44,894 nucleotides of DNA, taken from NCBI GenBank assembly GCA_003971905.1, contig RSEE01000157.1, positions 62,001 to 106,894 of the forward strand, read 5' to 3'. Source of the stretch: Moniliella sp. 'wahieum' (taxonomy: Eukaryota). The notes beneath the pieces are model-generated. The model saw nothing but the letters and a program-made list of their open reading frames with translations. It had not been told where the DNA came from and searched no databases. Shown here piece after piece: positions 37,799-44,894 of this stretch. How positions within the stretch are numbered: the first letter of the stretch is position 1; each line of letters begins with the position of its first letter. A program made the position numbers and the translations under genes.

Positions 37799-38872
37799 AT
37801 GGTTGAGACCTTCACGATCAAGGTGCCCTGCACCTCCTCCAACATTGGCCCTGGGTTTGACGTTGTTGGCCTCTCGCTTTCCCTCTATCTTACACTGCGC
37901 GTCACCGTCGACCCAGCCGCCTCCAACCCGGCGCCCACGCTGCACTACACGGGTCAAGGCGCAGCGGATGCGCCGTTGGACGCGTACAAGAACCTGACCA
38001 CCCGCACTGCTCTCTACGTGCTGCGTGCCAACGGGGTCCCTTCTTTCCCGGCAGGGGTGTCGATTGATGTGCACAACGAGGTACCGTTTGGTCGCGGGCT
38101 TGGCTCGTCGGGCGCCGCTGTGGTGGCCGGTGTGGTGTTGGGCAACCGGCTGGGAAAGCTGGGGCTCGACACGTCTCGTCTGTTGGACCATGCGCTGATG
38201 ATTGAGCGCCACCCGGACAATGTGACGGCAGCGCTGGTGGGTGGCTTTGTGGGCTCCTACTTGCTCGAGCTGTCGCCCGAAGACACGGAGGCGAAAGATG
38301 TGCCCCTTTCCGAGGTCCTGCCAGAGTACCCGCCCGATGCGTCGGCCGACTGGGGTCGCAACCCGCCCATCCCGCCGCGCGGAATTGGCCACTACATTCG
38401 GTTTGGCTGGGCATCTGAGATTCGTGTGATTGCGATCATCCCGCAATTTGAAGTGTCCACTGCCAAAGCGCGGGCCGTCTTGCCCACCACCTTTTCCCGG
38501 CACGACCTGGTATTCAACTTGCAACGGCTCGCTGTTCTCACTACTGCCCTGGCCCGCAGCCCTGTGGATGTCAACCTCGTCTTCCAGGCGATGCAGGACA
38601 AGGTCCACCAGCCCTACCGCTCTCAACTCATCCCAGGTCTTCCGCGCATCCTTGCCAGCGTCACGCCTTCGTCCCACCCGGGGCTGTTGGGCATCTGTCT
38701 CTCCGGCGCTGGACCTACCATCCTGGCCTTGGCGACGGACAACTTGTCGCACATTGCCGACACGATCACTGGTGAATTTGCCAAGGAGAAGATCGAGTGC
38801 GATGTGCAATTCCTCTCTGTTACCTACGAAGGGGCCCAAGTTCTGGAAGGTAAAGGAGGGGAGAAGGATTGA
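37799..38872 (+). CDS. THR1: Homoserine kinase (GHMP family)
   Basis: Intact 357-aa ORF with IKVPCTSSNIGPGFDVVG, PFGRGLGSSGAA, ERHPDNV, MQDKVHQPYR and CLSGAGPTILAL. Confidence 0.97.
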   Translation: MVETFTIKVPCTSSNIGPGFDVVGLSLSLYLTLRVTVDPAASNPAPTLHYTGQGAADAPLDAYKNLTTRTALYVLRANGVPSFPAGVSIDVHNEVPFGRGLGSSGAAVVAGVVLGNRLGKLGLDTSRLLDHALMIERHPDNVTAALVGGFVGSYLLELSPEDTEAKDVPLSEVLPEYPPDASADWGRNPPIPPRGIGHYIRFGWASEIRVIAIIPQFEVSTAKARAVLPTTFSRHDLVFNLQRLAVLTTALARSPVDVNLVFQAMQDKVHQPYRSQLIPGLPRILASVTPSSHPGLLGICLSGAGPTILALATDNLSHIADTITGEFAKEKIECDVQFLSVTYEGAQVLEGKGGEKD

Positions 38873-39028
38873 ACATGGCATATCTTGCGTTTTTATTTTC
38901 TTGTTTTTCTTGCTTTCGTTTAAAGGGGAGCCAGGTTGCGCACTTACACACCATAGAACAACCATTCTGTCATGTCAGGAGGAGGAGGGCAGCGGCGTCC
39001 ACCCAGGGCACGGGGAAGGGGAAGGTGC

Positions 39029-40812
39029 CTACTGGCCCAGAACGTCAACGATCGCTTGGCGCAGTACCTGGGCCGCAAGCTCCATCTCGGACTTGGTGAA
39101 GGCCGACGAGACGGCAATTCGGATGGTCGGGTCAGAGTCGGGCTTGGTATCGAGCACCGCCGGGTTGATCGAGGGGAGGCGGCGAGAACGGACGAGGAGG
39201 ACACCCTGGTTCAATGCGTGGTCCACGATGGCCTGCAGCAACCGCGTCTGCTCTTCCACGGTCCGCTCCGTTTCCCCAGCACGCACGCGAATATGAATGA
39301 CGGGCGAGGGGCTGTGCGAGGGAATGTCAATTGTAGGCAACGTATCCAACACGCTCCGCAGCGTGCGAATGTTGTCTTGCAGCACGCGCAACGACGAGGC
39401 GTTCGTCTCGAGCCGCTGAATCGCAGCCGAGGCGGTTACCGCATTGAGCGCCGGCAGAGCAGCTGAGTAAACAAACCCAGGCGAGTTGATCCGTTGGTGG
39501 AACTCGACGACAGCCGAACCAGCAACAAAGCCGCCGGCACTGCCAAGAGTGTTGGCCAGATTACCCGTCAGAATGTCAATGTCGGTAGCCGGCACCCCAA
39601 ACAACTCGGTCGCACCCTTGCCCGTCTTTCCAATCGTACCAAAAGAAAGACCCTCGTCAAGCAGAATGCGGAACTTGTGTTTCTTGGCCAACGCAACAAT
39701 CGCACCCAAATCGCTCAGTTGACCATCGTTCTCAAAGATGCCCTCGGTGATGATGAAGCGGCGGGTGAGGGGCTGCTTGCGGCGCACATCGTCGCGAGTG
39801 ATCGACTCGAGCACGCGGGACAGGGAAGACATGCTGTTGTGCTCATACCATCGCACCTTCGACCGACTGATCTGAATGCCTTTCTGGATCGAGTAGTTCA
39901 CCCCGCGGTCAGCAACGATGACGTCTCCGCGCTTGCAAAAGGCAGGGATAACACTGGAGGTGGTGGTGAAGCCCTGGGCATAGACGATCGCACGCTCTGT
40001 GCCAAGGAAGCGTGCCAGGTTGGCCTCAAGGTCCATGTGGACGTCTGAGAGGATGTGCAGGTTAGCAAATGGCAAAACAAAGAACAGGACAGGGCGGGCA
40101 ACGCACCAATCGTGCCATAAAAGCCAGGCGGACTGCAGGACCCAACGCCGTATTGGCGCAGCGTCTGGATCGCGCGCTCCTTCATCTCGGGCTCAGACGC
40201 CAGATCGGTAAAATTGAAGCTAGCTAGGTTCAAGACCTTGGTTCGCTGACCCACTGCTTCGGACTTGACCGTAGGGCGCGGGCCGTTGGGTCCAACAATG
40301 AGGGGGACCGAGGCCAAGTCCCACTTCTCAAACTCATCGAGAGGGGTGCAGAGAGGCTCAGGACTAAAGTCGTCCACCAGTCCATCGATCTCGGCCGCGG
40401 TGAGCTCGACAAAGTTCGAGCCGGAGGCCTGGGACTGGGTACGCTGCTGGAGAATGGTGCGCAGGGCAAAGCCGATGAGCAACAGCTCGAGCAGGGTGCG
40501 GAACGGGTCGTTCTGATAGCTGCTCGTTACGTAGCGCACGACAATGGACGATCCCGGCAGCGCACGGAAGAGACGGCCGATGATAGCAAGGTGGTGTTGC
40601 AAGCTGCGCAGAAGAGGACGCGCCCAGGTGGCATCGTCGACGTCGGGCGCGGCATCCGCAACGGAAGCGACTGTGGCTGCGGACGCCGAGGCGAGGCCAA
40701 CGGCCACAACCAGCAAGCTGGCGAGGGCTAAGTACGAACGCTGGATGGCGATGCCGGCACGGGGAAGCGCGGCGCGGGCCGGCGACGGCGGCGAGGACAG
40801 GGAGGATGGCAT
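39029..40812 (-). CDS. LCB1: Serine palmitoyltransferase subunit 1, 2 exons
   Basis: SSYQNDPFRTLLELLL, YGVGSCSPPGFYGTI-intron-DVHMDLEANLARFLG, IPAFCKRGDVIVADRGVN, SKVRWYEHN, RRFIITEGIFENDG; lacks the PLP lysine motif, as expected for LCB1. Intron GTGCGT...GCTAAC...CAG at about 40105-40045. Confidence 0.95.
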
Positions 40813-41215
40813 GCAGGCGGGCGGGAGCGGCCGAGTGAGGAGGTGGATGGTGTTGGGGGCTTCGGGCTGGGGGAGGACCACAGCAGTCGGACGGAGCAGC
40901 TGTGGGTGTTGAAACGTTCAATGCTGAAGACGGAGTAAGGCTGGCCCAGTGGCCTGATCTAGCGCGGATCCACCTGCGCTAGGGTTGAACGTTGATCCTC
41001 AGCCGTGCCTCGCGCGCCTCCCTGCGCGGAAAGCAAGCGTGGGGCGGAATTGTGCCCCACTGCGGTGGCTCGGCGTGTGGGTTGCTGCCGCTCCTACGGC
41101 TCTGGAAGGGCAACACAGAAACTCGTCAATATTGTCGGTACCAGTGGCTCCGCGGTTCATGCGGCCGGCGCGTGTCTTCTGCCTGCTCAACGACGCTAAT
41201 GCGCAGGAGGGGGTG

Positions 41216-41254
41216 AGTCCACCCTAGTCCACCCTAGTCCACCCTAGTCCACCC
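41216..41254. repeat. (AGTCCACCCT) x ~4 minisatellite upstream of LCB1
   Basis: agtccaccct agtccaccct agtccaccct agtccaccc seen directly. Confidence 0.9.
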
Positions 41255-41599
41255 CTCGGGGCCCCTTGGTTTTCCTGCTATTGACTACGTTGACTGCATG
41301 GCCGCAGCCTGGCCCGTCTACTTCTTCTATACATTAGTTGGCCGCGCCTAGTATACGCCTCCACCAGTATTAGGTCCGCCTCAGCCTCACTTCGCCTGCT
41401 GTCTGAACGGGCGTGTCAGGAGAGATCGTCGCCCTCGCACTCCATCTGGCAACAGCTTTGGGCAGGCCACCCTTATCGGAACTCCTGTTGGGACTCTGTC
41501 CCAGACTATAATCTGGTTTATTATAGCCGCTCAGCACCCTCAACCTAGTATCCTGCCTTGGTTATTGATACATGTGGGAGGTTATTGATGCATGGGCGT

Positions 41600-43530
41600 C
41601 CTGCCTAGGGGTGTGTAACTACGGACCCTTCCGTTGCTTTTCTCTTTCCCGGGATCCTGTATCAGAGAGGGCATCTTTCCACTTTTGATAAAAAAAACAG
41701 AAGTATAACCGCTTGCTCGGTAGGGCACACGAAACCTATAAACTCTCCGTAAACGCGTTACCATGTTTCCGCACTCTCTCCTCTCTTCCAAACAGTTCCC
41801 GATACAGCTCACATCTTGGTCTTTTTCTATGTGATCGAGGTGATGATCGGGGTGCGCCTCGAGCCGTTGTTGTGTGTATGTTGGGAGCTTTAAAAAAACT
41901 TGGTCGAGAGGTTCTGTATCGCTGCCGGAAAAGAATGTGCAAGAGAGCATCAACCCAGACAAGCGTCCATTTTGAGCATGGTCAACCAGTCAAATCGCCA
42001 GCATTCCTTCCCCTCCGCCAACACCATATTATCATGTAATGACACGACGGATGAAGACCTGATGCCCTTCCTCTAGGGCAAGAAAACCTCCCAGTCGCAG
42101 AAGAGACTCTACATGATTTTGCATGCCTACCTACCGCCAACACCTGGTAACCATGAAACAGTACACATGATAATGAAGGTCAATCAGAATAGGAGACTAG
42201 GTGGAAGACAACAAATGGACCATAGAGGGGGATGGACAACAGAGGAGAGTAGAAGGGAATCAATTGATGCGCCTCAGTGAGCCCGAGGTAAGGAAAGGGA
42301 AAGCTCCATCACTTCGCACGCGCGAAGCATATCGAGCAGTTGATCTTGGACACCATCCATGGAAGGGGTGTTAGCAAGGATCGAAGCAGGATACGTTATG
42401 GTAGGAAACAAGGAAGAATCAAAGTATCCGCTTTGAGGTGTAGGAAGGAGGGGCTGGTCCGTTCCACCATAGTGAGCCGTAAAAGGGGAAATCGACTGGG
42501 ATCGGCAATCGTACGAGGGCGAGAGGGTGTAGTTGGTCGTTGCGCCAGGTTCCACAATGCACGGGGGTAAGCATGCTGGGAAAGAATACAGGAGGAGCCA
42601 AGTAGGAGGGTAGCACATCGCCACCGCTCATGAGAGAGCCACACTCTGACGAAGAAATACTGTGGTCCCGAGTGGTTCTTGTTTGATCTGGTGGGAGCAG
42701 CTCAGGAGTAGCGGTAGGCGACAAGGGATCTTAGGGGGCAAAACAGGGTCGGGTTAGATCCGTCTCCTCAACACATAAGATGAAACGAGGCGCCACTCAC
42801 CCGTCCCACTATCTGGACTGAGACAGTCTTCAATCAGGTTGGTGGGGCTCTCTCCCTCGGCCGAGATGGGTGAAAGAGAGGGCCGCATGTGGTCTTGCCA
42901 TTGAGGCACGTGAAGCGGAGAGGGCACCGGAGGTTTGGGTTCCCTCGTGGGCTTCCTAGAGGTGCGTTTGCGCGGAGGAGAAGATGGAGATAGAGTGTCT
43001 TCTTGTTTTTACGCTTTTTTAGCAAACGTCGATTGTACGCCGCGCACCGTTCGCACTGTCCTTCTTCAGTACAGGACATGCACGCTATAACCGTTAAAAG
43101 AAAGACGAGTCGTGATGGGTTAGCATGCCACAGAGTATTGCCCAATGATTGGGATACAAACATACCCTTATGCCTGTTGAGTGAGAGCGATACCATCTTC
43201 TTGTCTCCTTCTTGGACATGCAGTCGAGCATGGCGAACAAGAGAGTCCTGGCGTGTAAAAGACTGCATTGAGGATAAAAAATATTCAGTACATTATGCAC
43301 TCATTGCCCTGTACTGTGGGGAGGAGGGAGCAGTAGGGGAAGAGACTTACCTTTGGGCACCAAGGGCATTGGAACGGTTTTTTATCAGAGTGGATGTACT
43401 CGTGACGTTGGAGGTGGAGTAGGCGATGGAATTGGCGGGAACAGACGGTGCATGTGAAGGTGCGATGCTCACCCTCATTGCTGGGCTCGATAGCGAGGTT
43501 CTGACGGCGTGGGTTCTTGCAGCGGGACAT
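41600..43530 (-). pseudogene. C2H2 zinc-finger transcription factor with a broken Zn-cluster-like segment; downstream part degraded
   Basis: FTCTVCSRQFHRLLHLQRHEYIHSDKKPFQCPWCPK-intron-SFTRQDSLVRHARLH is two C2H2 fingers, followed by IACMSC-TEEGQCERC. The downstream frames are fragmented and the 3' limit is a guess. Confidence 0.55.
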
Positions 43531-44132
43531 CTGCTGCTTTCGAGAGTAGGAGTTGGAGGATGGTGGCATCGGGGTTACCGTAGCACAAGTCCAGGTTGAT
43601 CTGGGCGATGAGAAATTGGTGGAGAAAAGAACCGGCTGCCCTACCGGGATGGAGAATTTGTGTAGGACGGGAGGATATGGGAAGGAAAAAGGCATCCCAT
43701 ATAGAGCGTAGCGGAGATATATGTACTTTTTTACTTGCTCTCCTGGTGGTCCGCGGGGTTCTCTGCTGGGTCACGCCGCTCAGCGCTCATTGCCCCTATG
43801 CTATACGCTGGACACTGAACCCCAAAAGTACTTAGTAGTCATCGACAGCGAGCTGTTGGCCCTAGGGATCCAGACCAAGTCCGGGGCCCGGACGCATATA
43901 CTATGACTACTTTTCAATGCGTGAAAGGCTGGCATAGGAGGGTAGTAGAGTTGGGCAAATAACCGTTGAAGTATGACAGTCCCCACAGTTTGTCGTAGGT
44001 AGCGCTCGGACTCGCTTCTCCTGCAGCTTGAGTCTCAGGCCTCAGGCCTCGGCAGGTGATTGTGTTAGGGGGGGGGGGTGGGGGGGGGGGGGGGGGGGTG
44101 AGTATGGGGGACACCGAACAAAATGTCGACGG

Positions 44133-44326
44133 CTACTCAGTACTCAGTACTCAGTATACTCAAGTAGTGGTTGCAGTACTATTGAGTACCCTGTGGTAGC
44201 CGTCTTGCCACTCGAGTAACTGAGTAATACGAGGTCGACCGACGTTGAGGCCGTTGAGACATTGAGGCCTGAGGCCTGATGATCGATGATCAATGATCCA
44301 TGAGGAACGTTGAGGTCGATATCAGT
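44133..44326. repeat. Quasi-palindromic short-period repeat patch (GTACTCA, TGAGGCC, TGATCGA units)
   Basis: ctactcagtactcagtactcagtatactcaag...ttgaggcctgaggcctgatgatcgatgatcaatgatcc seen directly. Confidence 0.75.
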
Positions 44327-44894
44327 CTAGACCCACACATCTTGCACCACAATCGATCGGGGTTTCTCTTCTCCAGCATCTGAAATACTCAATACGAGAC
44401 GGTGGACATTATATACTCGCAAGTGTACCATATATAGTAGGGCCGATCCGTGTCCTCCTGAACGCTTCGTTTCGAAGGACATCCGTGGCCAAATGTAGGT
44501 CTGCTTTGGCTGTACAACTGTTCCTAGAATCTGAATCATACGCAAGGTACTCAAACAGAAATGGGCAATGGCAGTAGGTGCGTCGAAGATTCAGCAGTTT
44601 ATTGAGACGCCGTCACGTGCATCATGCACATCTTCAAGCCTTCGTACTTGTTGGTGCCATCAAATCTTTAAAGGCAGATCCTGCACCACAGCCCCTCAAC
44701 GTCTCTCTTGAATAACTTGCGTTGGGCCAGTTTGTATGGAAGAACGAAAACGTGCCGGTATGGGGAGGAACCCCCCAAGAAGTATATGATATGCAGATTG
44801 ATATGATCGATGATCTAGATCTTCTCCGCTGCATACATATAGAAGAGGTCGCCCTGAGTATACTTGGTATGTGACATGTGAGTGCTGAGTTATA

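Noticed and set aside
37757..40048. Long antisense ORFs over THR1 and LCB1 (e.g. 402 aa at 37757-38965)
   Set aside because: Shadow frames of GC3-rich real genes.
44065..44100. Long G tract beginning TTAGGG (possible G-quadruplex)
   Set aside because: A simple homopolymer of unreliable length in this assembly, with no supporting context.

Overview
Eukaryotic nuclear DNA from a basidiomycete fungus, most likely Ustilaginomycotina (smut relatives). Evidence: short GT...CTRAC...AG introns, and an EF-G with insertions like those I recall from Ustilago. Recognisable genes: mitochondrial acyl carrier protein, RPL18, a PTR2-type peptide transporter, a small secreted Cys-rich protein, a Dal5/Tna1-type MFS transporter, UFE1/syntaxin-18, tRNA-Thr(CGT), a KA1-domain protein with no visible kinase, NOT1, a membrane protein, THP3/LENG8, THR1, LCB1 and two partly degraded zinc transcription factors. 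Many essential genes carry scattered single-base frameshifts, best explained as unpolished long-read errors. In contrast, the mitochondrial EF-G copy is a true pseudogene. Unexplained structure: (1) a three-copy ~230-bp dispersed element, one copy fused to an internally deleted ATP synthase beta fragment; (2) an identical 17-bp telobox-like promoter motif at two loci 32 kb apart; (3) a candidate intron-containing structured RNA between THP3 and THR1; (4) recurrent patches of 7-9 bp-period quasi-palindromic repeats in intergenic DNA. I cannot claim a new system outright. These are leads from reading by eye, with no searches run.
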